Below, piece after piece: positions 9,753-19,825 of a stretch of 34,164 bases of DNA; position 1 is the stretch's first letter, and each line of letters starts with the position of its first letter. The notes beneath the pieces were generated by a model, which saw nothing but the letters and a program-made list of their open reading frames with translations, did no database searches and was not told where the DNA came from. Position numbers and translations under genes: made by a program. Source of the stretch: Leidyana gryllorum EB-2025a (Eukaryota > Protista > Apicomplexa); the NCBI GenBank assembly GCA_048772705.1, contig JBLWGC010000038.1, positions 1-34,164 of the forward strand. Direction: 5' to 3'.

Positions 9753-10804
9753 TGGTTTTCGATGTTGAACGTTCGGCCGTTCCGGTTCCTTTGCCACCTC
9801 TCTTTGGCTTTGTTGCAGTCAGCTTTCATGTGCCCGCGTTCGCCGCACTCTCGGCATCGGCCTTCCGCCATGCATTGTGCGTAGGTATATCTGCAGTTGG
9901 GTCCAACGCGTTGCGCCGTGCCTCGGTTGTATTCGCCCTGAGTGCGGGCTGCGTGTCCCGCCATCACCGTCGCTGTTGGATTGTTCTCCCCGGATTCGCC
10001 TACTGCGGTGGCGTAGATGAGTGCTCTCTCGCACAAGGCTTCGAAGCTCATGCCTGCGTTTCCTGCCAGCGCTATACGGTCTTTGGGTGGTAATCCGCGG
10101 AAGAATAGGTTGGATGCCGATAAGTCGGATACTTCGCCTTGCGTTCCCCGTCTCAATGCTCTGCATTTGGTGACGTATTTCCGCATGCTGTTATTCTTCC
10201 GGAGTGATATCCATTGTATTAGATCGTTCTCGGTCTTGTTCCGCGTGCCGAACTCGGTGAGGAAGGTCGTCTTGAACTGGTCCCACTGCATGTTGAGCAA
10301 GTCCTCCCGCTTCTCGATGAACCAACGGGTGGCACTTCCCGATAGGGTGGCGCATACGGTGCGTGCTCTGTCCTCGTCGTTGTACACCCCGTGTGCTATG
10401 AATCGTCCTTCGCAATTGTCAATCCAGTCCCGGGCGTCTTGGTGCCCGGCACCGATGAATAAGCTCTGCTTCTTCATGGCTTGTTGTGCTTCAGCGCTGG
10501 GCCGGTTCATCGAGTTCTTGCTCGTCTTGTGGTCTGCGTGTTCGTTTCTCGCGCGGTGCGCGTCGTTCGGTATCGTTTCGTGTGAAGCCGTCGTTGCCTG
10601 TAGGGTCTTAATCGTTTCTGCTACGATGCGAGCGATCAAGCTCGTGTCTATCGTAGCTGTTGTCATCGCTTCTGCTTCCGTGTTCGGTTCGGTTCGCTGA
10701 GTCGGTTGAAACTTGGGTTGTTGATCGAACGACGTACTGCTACCAGTGTAGCCGGGATCACCCGACTGCGGATCAGAGGTCTGTTTCCCATTGCGTAAGT
10801 CCAT
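9680..10804 (-). CDS. gag: Gag of element A
   Basis: Starts MDLRNGK inside the 5' LTR; LSGSATRWF; CRECGERGHMKADC knuckle. Confidence 0.92.
   Translation of the reverse strand: MDLRNGKQTSDPQSGDPGYTGSSTSFDQQPKFQPTQRTEPNTEAEAMTTATIDTSLIARIVAETIKTLQATTASHETIPNDAHRARNEHADHKTSKNSMNRPSAEAQQAMKKQSLFIGAGHQDARDWIDNCEGRFIAHGVYNDEDRARTVCATLSGSATRWFIEKREDLLNMQWDQFKTTFLTEFGTRNKTENDLIQWISLRKNNSMRKYVTKCRALRRGTQGEVSDLSASNLFFRGLPPKDRIALAGNAGMSFEALCERALIYATAVGESGENNPTATVMAGHAARTQGEYNRGTAQRVGPNCRYTYAQCMAEGRCRECGERGHMKADCNKAKERWQRNRNGRTFNIENQDFTTDLDDTEVSVQEELLDPTHL
10736..10745 (-). promoter_or_regulatory. Primer-binding site (tRNA-iMet) of element A
   Basis: TGGTAGCAGT on the minus strand one base after the 5' LTR. 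Confidence 0.85.
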
Positions 10805-10959
10805 TGTTCGTTCACGTAAAAGTAACACTGCGTGCAGGTCGATCTATCTGTCGTGTCTGTGTCTCCTATGCCGGTCCGGCCGGTCCACGGAGACACAGAC
10901 ATGTTCTTGTTCCGGACCGACTATGGTCGGACGGGGTCTAGTGAGCGTGATAGGTTACA
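10747..10959 (-). repeat. 5' LTR of element A
   Basis: TGTAACC...GGCTACA on the minus strand; matches 1686-1898. Confidence 0.95.
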
Positions 10960-10964
10960 ACAAG

Positions 10965-11879
10965 GGCGCTCCCCACACCCCATCAATACTTCTTCACGCA
11001 CACTATTACTCAACGTACATATCAGCCTTAACATCCCGTTCGTACACTAACAATTCGAATACTCATAACTCTTAGCATATATACACTCTCTCAATGTTTT
11101 ATAGCAAACAACTGACCACCACCCTCTTACCACACCTCGAACTACATCACAATTGTCAATATACTCCTATTAACCTACCTATCATTAGCCAAATTCATGT
11201 CGTCCGAATCAACACCCAAATATCATGCATAACTTGACCCCATACACATATTCTTACAGATACCCATTCACTCCAATACATAACGTCCACGATACGCATT
11301 GGACTCACGACATTCTTCTCAACACTCTCAATTCAACTCCGATGTATTTGATTCCCCTATATCTAGCATTACAAGCTTTCATACCTCTCCAAATACTCCC
11401 TCACTTAACGAGCGAATCACTCACTCACTCTAGACCCTTCACACCTAACAGACAAACCATCTAAACCAATATCACTCACACATAACCTTCCAAGTTGCTC
11501 CATATTCACTTTAGCAAACTGAGCATACTACACATCACAGCACAGTTACCAAAATACACGCCATACACTCATACAATCATGCATCTCCAGCTCATATAGT
11601 CTCACAAATCAATACATAACAAGCACGATACCTGTCAACATACTAAGCAACACAGCTATATCGTCACAGTCTTTTATTAGCACAATACACACCACATCAG
11701 ACCTTACTTGCGCACGCTACAGCAACCGCAACGTGTACAGAATTGAAAGCTAAACATTCGCAAACACGCAAACACAGTACAATGCAGCGATAAACAAGCA
11801 CATAAACCACATAATCCAAAAGCAAACAGCAGTCACAACAGCCATCGAAGCCGACCGAAACGCCGAACCAAAGGTTACA
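10965..11879. other. A/C-rich, G-poor non-coding segment, continuous with 1496-1685 before A inserted; ends in an LTR-like AGGTTACA
   Basis: Strong strand asymmetry, no convincing ORF, joined to 1496-1685 by the ACAAG TSD. Confidence 0.45.
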
Positions 11880-12233
11880 GGCAAACTAGTCTTATCCGTG
11901 TAGCCCGCCCACTTCACGAGGTATTCTATTCCCCCATGTGTCGGGCGCCATCCGACTATCGACTCCATGATATAGAGTTGTTCTGGTGGACTCGTTAGTG
12001 GGTCGGCTGGTGTGATGGGTTCTGGTAGTGCGTTGTATGGTTCGAGTCGGCTGATGTGGAACTTGGGGAACAGTCCCCAGGACTGCGGTAGGTCCAGTAC
12101 GTATGTCTCGTTGCTAGTCTTTCTGAGGATGCGGAATGGTCCGCAGAATGGCAGTGTCAGCTTGTTGCTAGGTACGTGGGTGAGGTCCTTCGTTTTCAGC
12201 AGAACTAGTTGGTTCTCTTCCAGTTGTTGTTCT

Positions 12234-12480
12234 TGTAAGTCTCGGGCTCAGGGTCTGGGTCAGTGCGGGCATTGCCCCTGGCCTTCAGGGTAAGCTTCTT
12301 AGGGATCACCGATCCTTTCTTGGAACGTGTGGTCATGGTCATTAGATCTAGTGCGTGCGTGTCTGTTAATGCCGGTGTCTCCGTGGAGACACGTGTGTTC
12401 ATGTAACTAAAAAGGTCACAGTCTGCTGTAGCTAAAAGGTCACCTCTGCCCAGTGATCTGGCCGCAGTGTAATCCTTACA
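12234..12480 (-). mobile_element. Solo LTR (247 bp) related to the element B LTR
   Basis: Starts TGTAAGGATTACAC and ends AGACTTACA like the B LTR; TSD TTCT; removal restores the D frame (RRRQE|QQLEEN). Confidence 0.9.
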
Positions 12481-14827
12481 TTCTTGTCTTCGTCGATCTG
12501 CCGTTCCTTTCTGTCGTTCGGACGCCTGTTTCAATCGGTCATAGGCCTCCTGTAGTTTCTGCATATACAACTTCCCCATCGTTGATCGTTGAGAACAGAT
12601 GTCATGTAGATTCGACGGGATGAACGTTGTCCTACCCGTGTCCAGTTCCAGCGGCGTCATACCTGTGGATGTCTGCACTGCTGAGTTGTAAGCCATCTCA
12701 GTGCTGGCTATGTGGCGAGCCCAGTGGCTCGTGTGCCCTGCGAGTGCGCATCTGAGTATCTGTATCGTGGACCGATTCGCTCTCTCTGTCAGTCCATTGC
12801 TCTGTGGATGTCTTGAGGTTGTCATGGCTAGATTCACCCCCACTGAAGTCATTAACGCCTGCCAAAACTTAGCCGTGAACCGTGTGTCCCGATCTGAAAT
12901 CACTTTCCGTGGTAGTCCGTGTATTCTGGCCACGTTCTCCAGAAATAGTTGAGCAGCTCCCTCTGATGTGATGGTTTTGCAGCATGGTATGAGTCGTATT
13001 CGTCTTGTCAGGCGGTCGGTTACCACCATAAGGTAATCTTGATTGGACTCTGCATCGCGGGGCAGTTCCAAGAAATCCAATCCCACCTCCGTCCACGGGA
13101 GCGTGGGGTTAGATATTGGGTGCAAAAGGCCATAGGGTCGGTGATTTCTCTTCTTTGCCCGCTGGCACACATCGCATGTTCTGCAGTACTCGATGACGTC
13201 GGCACCCATGCCGCGCCAGGCAAAAAGCGCCCTCACCCGGCCGACCGTCTTGTCGGCCGCCAGATGACCAGCCAGTGCACTGTCGTGGCTGTCGTGTATG
13301 ATCCGCTTGATCAATTGGTCGTCGGCGGGTATCTCAATCACGCCCTCTGGCGTGACCGGGACTCCGCGTATCCATTGGACCTCTCCGAATTTGCCTGCTT
13401 CCTCAGGTCTTTGTCGCCATGCCTCCCTGATCTGGTGCTCTAGTGAGGTCCCACTGCTGCTCTCTTCCGTGCTCGCTATTTCGGTCAGGGTTTGTTGCTG
13501 TTCCACGTGAAAGCATTCCCTTAAAGTGTCGTCCTTCTTTTCGGAATTTTTGCGGGGTCTACTCAGGAGATCCGCTATCACGTTCTGAGTACCCTTTATG
13601 TATTGGATTTCGATGTTGAGTTCGGCTAACGTGGCGAGCCACCGAACCTGTCTATCTGACAAGTGATTTTGGGTAAGGAGGTGGGTTAAGGGTTTGTGAT
13701 CCGTTCTGATAAGCGTCTTCCTGCCGATCAACAAATATCGGCAATGTCGGCATGCCGTGACGATGGCCATGAGTTCTCTCTCATGCGTAGGATAGCGCTG
13801 CTGTGTTGAGGTGAGTGTTTTGGAGAGGAACTCTATCGGTTTCAGGCCATCCGAGGTCTTCTCTTGTAATACAGCACCTATCGCTGTGAGGCTCGCATCT
13901 GCGTCGATGACTAATTCCTTTATCTCGGGAGTTGGGAAATGGAGTTGTGTGGCGTTTATTAGTTGTGTCTTGAGCCCTTCGAGTGCTGCTACCCTTGCCT
14001 CTGTCCTCTCTATTTTGTCTCCTGGTTTTTTCAGGCCGTGAGTGGCTTCATAAAGTGGTGTTGCTATGGCGGCGAAGTGACTAATGAATCTTCTATAGTA
14101 GTTGAACGTCCCCAAGACGCTCTGCATTTCTTTCAGCGTCCTCGGAAATTCAATCTGTCGCAGGGCCTCCGTTCGTTCTTTGATTGGTCGAATCCCTGTC
14201 TTGGATACAATGTGACCCAGGAATTGCACTTCATGTTTGAAGAAGTGGGATTTGCGGGTGTGAATCACCAATCGTTCTTGATGCAATCGCTCTATCACCG
14301 TTGTCAGATGTCTTGCATGGTCCGCTTCACTCTTCGAGTATACCAGTACATCATCAAGGTATACAAATACCGACTGTCCAATAAGATCTCCCAATATACC
14401 GTTCATCAACACCATGAATGTGGCTGGTGCGTTCGTGAGGCCGTTAGGCATCACTAGCCACTCGTATAATCCCCATGGCGTTGCGAAGGCTGTCAAGTGA
14501 GCGGAGTCGGGGTCCATGCGTACCTGATGGTATCCGGACTTGAGATCTAGGGTCGAAAACCATTGTGCGCCCGCTAGGCATTGCAACGCGTCTTCCAATG
14601 ACGGTATGGGGGATGCTACCTTTCTCGATGCTTCGTTGAGGCGTCGATAGTCACAAACAAGCCGTGGTGTAAGAAGCACAGACGAAAGGAACTGTCAGCA
14701 GCCGGCCGCAACCGGTCTACTAAGAAGTCTGTGTCTCGGGGACCGGTCCGGCCGGCCGGGGAGACACGGACACGCGAACACACACTGTTTTTTGAGTGAC
14801 TACGTGCGATACGAACTGGTATAAGAC

Positions 14828-15940
14828 ATGGACTTACGAAACGGCAAGGTGCTAGGCGCCATGACAACGAACACGGACAAGCCGTGTTACAGTGGTAGCA
14901 GTGCGTACACCTTCACCGTTGTGCAGAACGAAGGGCAGAGGAACACTGACCCTGTAGGAGTGGAACAGAGCCCGGAAGAGCAGAACAAGAGAGGATTTAT
15001 AGCACCGGAACCCTTCTCAGAGCAGACGGAAGAACCCATCAGCGACTTCAAATTACAGAGCTTCATGAATAGGTGGATTGAGGCAGCGCAAGCGATGGGC
15101 AACAACAAAGCGAGAACGACGAGTGCAACGGAACAGATAGGCGGCGAAGGACAGTACTTACGGGCGGACAACGCGGTGAAAAAGTACAACCCCTTCAGCG
15201 GGGATACGATCGGCCAAGCACGAGATTGGTTGGATGGCTGCAACGCACGATTCCTGACAGCCCGCATAACAGATGAGGAAGCAAAGGTGCGAGCTACATG
15301 TGGACTTTTCACGGGCTCAGCAGCTCGATGGCTTGCCAGCAGCCCGCACTTGCTCGACAAACCCTGGGATGAATTCCGCACCATGGTGATCAAAGAATTC
15401 GACCCTAATAACGCTCTAGAGAACGACCTCATTCGAATGGCAAAGATAAAGAAGAACGGAAAGATGATAGACTACATTGCGGAATTCAGGAAACTAGACA
15501 GAGGAATCACAACCGCGCTGGACCTGGAAACCCGAACCAACTTCTTCTTCAACGGCTTACCACCCATGGACCGTCAGGCATTGGCAGGATCGATCGGAGA
15601 TCCGATGGAGACCGTGTACACCAAAGCGATACAATATGCTCACATCACCGAAATGCAGAAAGCAGAATACTGCCTTTGGACAGAGAAGCGCACACGTACA
15701 GGCGTAGGGAGACGATGCAAGTACACACATGAGGAGTGCACAAAAGACAGAAGGTGCTACAACTGTGGCGATAAGGGACATGTCGCATGGAAATGTCCGG
15801 AGCCAAGAGATGACCGTCAGACGAGAAAGCGAATGGCACTGGAGCAAGGTGATAAAAGAGGCAGCACAAGGATGGTATACGCGACCGAAGAAAGCCAGGA
15901 TTTTCCAGCAGCCCCCGAGCAAAACAGCCCAGCTCAATGA
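14828..15940 (+). CDS. gag: Gag of element C
   Basis: 370 aa, starts MDLRNGK in the LTR; CYNCGDKGHVAWKC knuckle. Confidence 0.93.
   Translation: MDLRNGKVLGAMTTNTDKPCYSGSSAYTFTVVQNEGQRNTDPVGVEQSPEEQNKRGFIAPEPFSEQTEEPISDFKLQSFMNRWIEAAQAMGNNKARTTSATEQIGGEGQYLRADNAVKKYNPFSGDTIGQARDWLDGCNARFLTARITDEEAKVRATCGLFTGSAARWLASSPHLLDKPWDEFRTMVIKEFDPNNALENDLIRMAKIKKNGKMIDYIAEFRKLDRGITTALDLETRTNFFFNGLPPMDRQALAGSIGDPMETVYTKAIQYAHITEMQKAEYCLWTEKRTRTGVGRRCKYTHEECTKDRRCYNCGDKGHVAWKCPEPRDDRQTRKRMALEQGDKRGSTRMVYATEESQDFPAAPEQNSPAQ
14893..14906 (+). promoter_or_regulatory. Primer-binding site (tRNA-iMet) of element C
   Basis: TGGTAGCAGTGCGT is a 14-nt perfect complement of ...ACGCACTGCTA(CCA) of the iMet genes in this window. 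Confidence 0.93.
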
Positions 15941-18900
15941 AAAGGGGGCATCGGACCAGAGAACCGACACTCACAGCCAGGTGGAGGATCAGCGCAACCA
16001 CAAAAGGGGCTCAACATGAAGTATGTGTACTCATAGATACAGGAGCCACAATTCCGTGCATCGACATGAGCATAGCCACATCGTTGAAACTGGAACGAAC
16101 AGGACGAACAACAACAGTACGAACGGTGCAAGGGGAAACACAGCGAGAGCTGGCAGAGGCATTCGTTCACACGCCACAAGGGCAAGAAGTCCGCATACAG
16201 GGGGCAGTTATCCCAGGGATGCCCTACGACATCATTATCGACACAACCGTTATTACCGAATTAGGTTTGTGCATTGGAGTAACACCTCGAAAACGACTTT
16301 GCATAATCGAGAATCAGCTGATAGACTTGAAGGAACCAAAACCGACACAATGGTGGACACACGAGAACCTTTGGACCCAAGTCAATGCCATAACAGAAGA
16401 GCCAGACACACCGGGGGCGCTCCCAGTCATCATAGACATCCCAGCACGCCACAAACAATTGATAGAACAATACCCAGAGATCACGAAAACAACGGCACCG
16501 CTGCCACCGACTAGGCCCGGGGTGGACCACAAAATAGAACTCAAACAGGAGAACACCACACCCTTCGTCAGAGCACCCTATCGAGTACCGCAGAAATACA
16601 TGCAGGAACTCAGAACTCAAATAGTGGACCTGAAAGCAGCGAAGAAGATACGGCTGAGCTCGTCCAGTTGGGCCTCACCCTGCCTATTTGTCCCAAAAAA
16701 GGACACAGCCGTTCCTCGTCTGGTATGTGACTACCGGAGGCTGAACGAAGCAACCATAAAAATGGCTTCGCCCATACCCGCACTAGAGGACGCCCTCCAG
16801 GCACTGGCAGGCGCCCAGTGGTTCTCCACGCTGGACCTAAAGGCAGGATATCATCAAATCAGAATGGAGGAAAGTTCCTGCCACCTTACCGCATTTGCCA
16901 CTCCATGGGGGCTCTATGAGTGGACGGTGATGCCGAATGGACTCACCAATGCACCCGCTACATTTATGAACTTCATGAACCTAATTTTCGGGGATCTAAT
17001 TGGAACAAGTGTTTTCGTGTACCTCGATGATGTATTGGTGTTCTCCCTCACGGAGTCGGATCATGTCAAACATCTCAACGAGGTTCTCAGAAGGATAAAG
17101 GAGCACAAACTGATAATCCACTGTCGAAAATCCCATTTCTTCAGAAGGGAGGTGACATACCTCGGACATACCATCAGCGATAAGGGAGTGAAACCAATAG
17201 CAGACAAGGTGGATACACTAGCGGAGTTGAAGTACCCCGAGACACTTAGAGATATACAGCGAATTTTAGGCATGTTTAATTACTATAGAAGGTTCATTCA
17301 TAACTTCGCCGACATAGCAAAACCATTATACCGGCTCACTCACGGACTCAAAAGACCAACAGAAAAGGTGGCGAAAACGGAGGAAGCAAGGAACGCTCTA
17401 CAACAACTCAAACGAGGACTCACCGAAGCACCGACCTTACGTCAACCTACTCCAGATATGTCACATCTCATCATAAACACTGACGCGAGCTTAACAGCTA
17501 TAGGAGCGGCCCTTCAAATACCAACGGAACGAGGACACTACCCAATAGAATTCATATCAAAGACATTAAATGACGCACAAACCAGATACCCGACCCATGA
17601 AAGAGAACTCCTAGCAATAGTCGAAGCCTGTAGGCACTGGCGGTACCTACTAATAAGAAGACAAGTCACGATACTCACCGATCATAAACCGCTTACGCAT
17701 CTTCTCACACAGACACACTTGTCGGATCGACAAGTCCGATGGCTCGTCTCGTTGGTGGATTTGGACCTGACCATCCAATATGTACCCGGGACCAAGAATG
17801 TGATCGCAGATTTGCTCAGCAGGCCACGAAAAAAATCACAAGAAGAAAGAAAAAATGCGACAGCGTGCTATGCAACGGAGGAAACCACAGACCCACAGGA
17901 ACAGGAGACACTCAGCTTGGAGGAGCGTTTACGGCAGGCTTGGCAAGGAAGGGAAGAAGAGGCAGGTCGACTCTTAGACGTCGAATGGATCAGAGGACTG
18001 CCGGTGACGGAGGAGGGAACCATAGAGGTTCCGGCGGATAGACAGATCATCTGCGAGATCATAAGGGACAACCACGATAGCGATCTGGCGGGGCATCTAG
18101 CCGCTGACAAAACGATAGGACGAGTGAAAGCAATGTTCACCTGGAGAGGGCTACCGATGGATGTCGCGAACTACTGCAGGACATGCGACAGATGTCAAAA
18201 AGCAAAGAAACGGGGCCATCGGCCATACGGCCTTCTCCACCCGCTTTCGAACCCGACTCTACCATGGACGGAAGTCGGCATCGATTTTTTGGAACTGCCC
18301 AAGGACGCGGACACAGGACAGGACTACCTTATGGTAGTCATAGATCGGCTGACGCGCCGAATACGCTTGATTCCCTGCACGAAAACGATCAACGCGAAGG
18401 AGACGGCGGAGCTGTTCCTGGAGCATGTGGTCAGAGTACACGGAGCACCCATGAAAATCGTTTCAGACAGAGACAGCAGATTTCTGGCAGAGGTATGGCG
18501 GACGATGACGGAAAGTATAGGAGCACGCTTGGCGATGAGCACTGCGTACCACCCGCAGTCAAATGGGCTGACGGAACGAACAAATAGATCAATATTGCAG
18601 ATATTACGATGTGTGCTGAACGGCCACGGAGAGAAATGGACGAGACATATCATCAGCACAGAAATGGCTTATAACTCAGCCAATCAAGCATCGACAGGGT
18701 CAACGCCGCTGGAATTAGACACGGGGAGGACTACGTTCCTACCGTCTCAATTGAGAGAACTAGCATCGACGAGATCAACACTGGGGAGGCTACAACTCCA
18801 GAAATTGCAGGAAGCAACGGATAGGCTAGCCGACGCCAGGAGAAGGCAGAAGAATCAGGCAGACAGGCGACGTGAACAGGTAAAGTTCAAGACAGGAGAT

Positions 18901-19389
18901 TATGTACTCCTGAACACGAAGAACTTAGCACATGTACCGACCAACAAGCTGTCCATCCCCTTCTGCGGACCATTTAGAGTGACAAGAGTAGGAACAAATG
19001 ACACTTACACATTGGACCTCCCACCAGGGTGGAGAATATTCCCAACCTTCCACATTAGCAGGCTAGAGAAGTATAACGACAGATGGAGAGAAACGAACCC
19101 CCAACCACATATTCCGAGCGATACAGAACCCAAGGAACCCGAAGAGGAACTCTATATCATGGAGGCTATCAGAGGATGGAAACCCACTGAAAACGGAATT
19201 CTCTACAAAGTCAAATGGTTGGGGTACTCTCGCGAGACTTGGGAACCAGCCGAGGAGGTATTGGCGGCTCAAGGAGCCGACTTGATCGAAGACTTCAGAT
19301 GCGAATGGAACAGGAGAAACCCGACCAACCCATTCGCAGTAGACACAGCCAATCCACTGCACGAACCCGCGCGGCGGGGAGGGGTGTAA
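15898..19389 (+). CDS. pol: Pol of element C (PR-RT-RNaseH-IN-chromodomain), predicted -1 frameshift
   Basis: LIDTGA, YLDD, TDAS, HHCC, PFCGPF, YKVKWLGY..ETWEP; -1 frame open from GGATTTT at 15898. Confidence 0.95.
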   Translation, partial: GFSSSPRAKQPSSMKRGHRTREPTLTARWRISATTKGAQHEVCVLIDTGATIPCIDMSIATSLKLERTGRTTTVRTVQGETQRELAEAFVHTPQGQEVRIQGAVIPGMPYDIIIDTTVITELGLCIGVTPRKRLCIIENQLIDLKEPKPTQWWTHENLWTQVNAITEEPDTPGALPVIIDIPARHKQLIEQYPEITKTTAPLPPTRPGVDHKIELKQENTTPFVRAPYRVPQKYMQELRTQIVDLKAAKKIRLSSSSWASPCLFVPKKDTAVPRLVCDYRRLNEATIKMASPIPALEDALQALAGAQWFSTLDLKAGYHQIRMEESSCHLTAFATPWGLYEWTVMPNGLTNAPATFMNFMNLIFGDLIGTSVFVYLDDVLVFSLTESDHVKHLNEVLRRIKEHKLIIHCRKSHFFRREVTYLGHTISDKGVKPIADKVDTLAELKYPETLRDIQRILGMFNYYRRFIHNFADIAKPLYRLTHGLKRPTEKVAKTEEARNALQQLKRGLTEAPTLRQPTPDMSHLIINTDASLTAIGAALQIPTERGHYPIEFISKTLNDAQTRYPTHERELLAIVEACRHWRYLLIRRQVTILTDHKPLTHLLTQTHLSDRQVRWLVSLVDLDLTIQYVPGTKNVIADLLSRPRKKSQEERKNATACYATEETTDPQEQETLSLEERLRQAWQGREEEAGRLLDVEWIRGLPVTEEGTIEVPADRQIICEIIRDNHDSDLAGHLAADKTIGRVKAMFTWRGLPMDVANYCRTCDRCQKAKKRGHRPYGLLHPLSNPTLPWTEVGIDFLELPKDADTGQDYLMVVIDRLTRRIRLIPCTKTINAKETAELFLEHVVRVHGAPMKIVSDRDSRFLAEVWRTMTESIGARLAMSTAYHPQSNGLTERTNRSILQILRCVLNGHGEKWTRHIISTEMAYNSANQASTGSTPLELDTGRTTFLPSQLRELASTRSTLGRLQLQKLQEATDRLADARRRQKNQADRRREQVKFKTGDYVLLNTKNLAHVPTNKLSIPFCGPFRVTRVGTNDTYTLDLPPGWRIFPTFHISRLEKYNDRWRETNPQPHIPSDTEPKEPEEELYIMEAIRGWKPTENGILYKVKWLGYSRETWEPAEEVLAAQGADLIEDFRCEWNRRNPTNPFAVDTANPLHEPARRGGV

Positions 19390-19753
19390 GAAGCACAGAC
19401 GAAAGGAACTGTCAGCAGCCGGCCGCAACCGGTCTACTAAGAAGTCTGTGTCTCGGGGACCGGTCCGGCCGGCCGGGGAGACACGGACACGCGAACACAC
19501 ACTGTTTTTTGAGTGACTACGTGCGATACGAACTGGTATAAGACATGGACTTACGAAACGGCAAGGTGCTAGGCGCCATGACAACGAACACGGACAAGCC
19601 GTGTTACACGTGGTACCGCCGTGTCTTTCTTTGGCACGAAAAGACAGGGCGATGCCCAGCTGGATGAGCTTAGCCTTATTTTGCCCAGCTTTGTGAGGGT
19701 TGTGATCCCATCCTAAGTGATCTTCATTACCTCTATAGCCTCACCTGAAGATT

Positions 19754-19825
19754 GTTCGAGTCGTCTAGTGGTTAGGACAGCACGTTGTGGCCGTGCAAAC
19801 CCAGGCTCGATTCCTGGCTCGGACG
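19754..19825 (+). tRNA. tRNA-His(GTG), T-loop variant, possibly pseudogene
   Basis: GCACG TT GTG GC CGTGC anticodon arm; GGCTCGATTCC B box. Confidence 0.7.

Larger units (their letters stand above)
1686..10959 (-). mobile_element. Ty3/Gypsy chromovirus element A (disrupted by B and by an internal deletion)
   Basis: 213-bp LTRs at 1686-1898 and 10747-10959, identical by eye; TSD ACAAG (1681-1685, 10960-10964); PBS and polypurine tract; gag-PR-RT-RH-IN-chromodomain order. Confidence 0.96.
14668..19608 (+). mobile_element. Ty3/Gypsy chromovirus element C, apparently intact (4941 bp), nested in the RT of D
   Basis: 224-bp LTRs at 14668-14891 and 19385-19608; TSD CGTGG (14663-14667, 19609-19613); PBS at 14893-14906; PPT ending at 19384. 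Confidence 0.97.
11888..19707 (-). mobile_element. Broken chromovirus element D (pol only: RT-RH-IN-partial chromodomain), host of a solo LTR and of element C
   Basis: Pol pieces at 19707-19609 (KIRLSSSSWASPCLFVPKKDTAVPR), 14667-12481 (YLDD, DADAS, IN) and 12233-11888 (PFCGPF, YLVKWAGY); no LTRs of its own identified. Confidence 0.9.

Noticed and set aside
10017-10700. Antisense ORFs over gag/pol (also 3106-3555, 14887-15432, 19063-19584)
   Set aside because: Shadow frames of real coding sequence; no recognisable motifs or conservation between elements
12205-12480. Novel C-terminal extension of D integrase
   Set aside because: The frame merely reads through the inserted solo LTR; the true C-terminus resumes at 12233 in another frame
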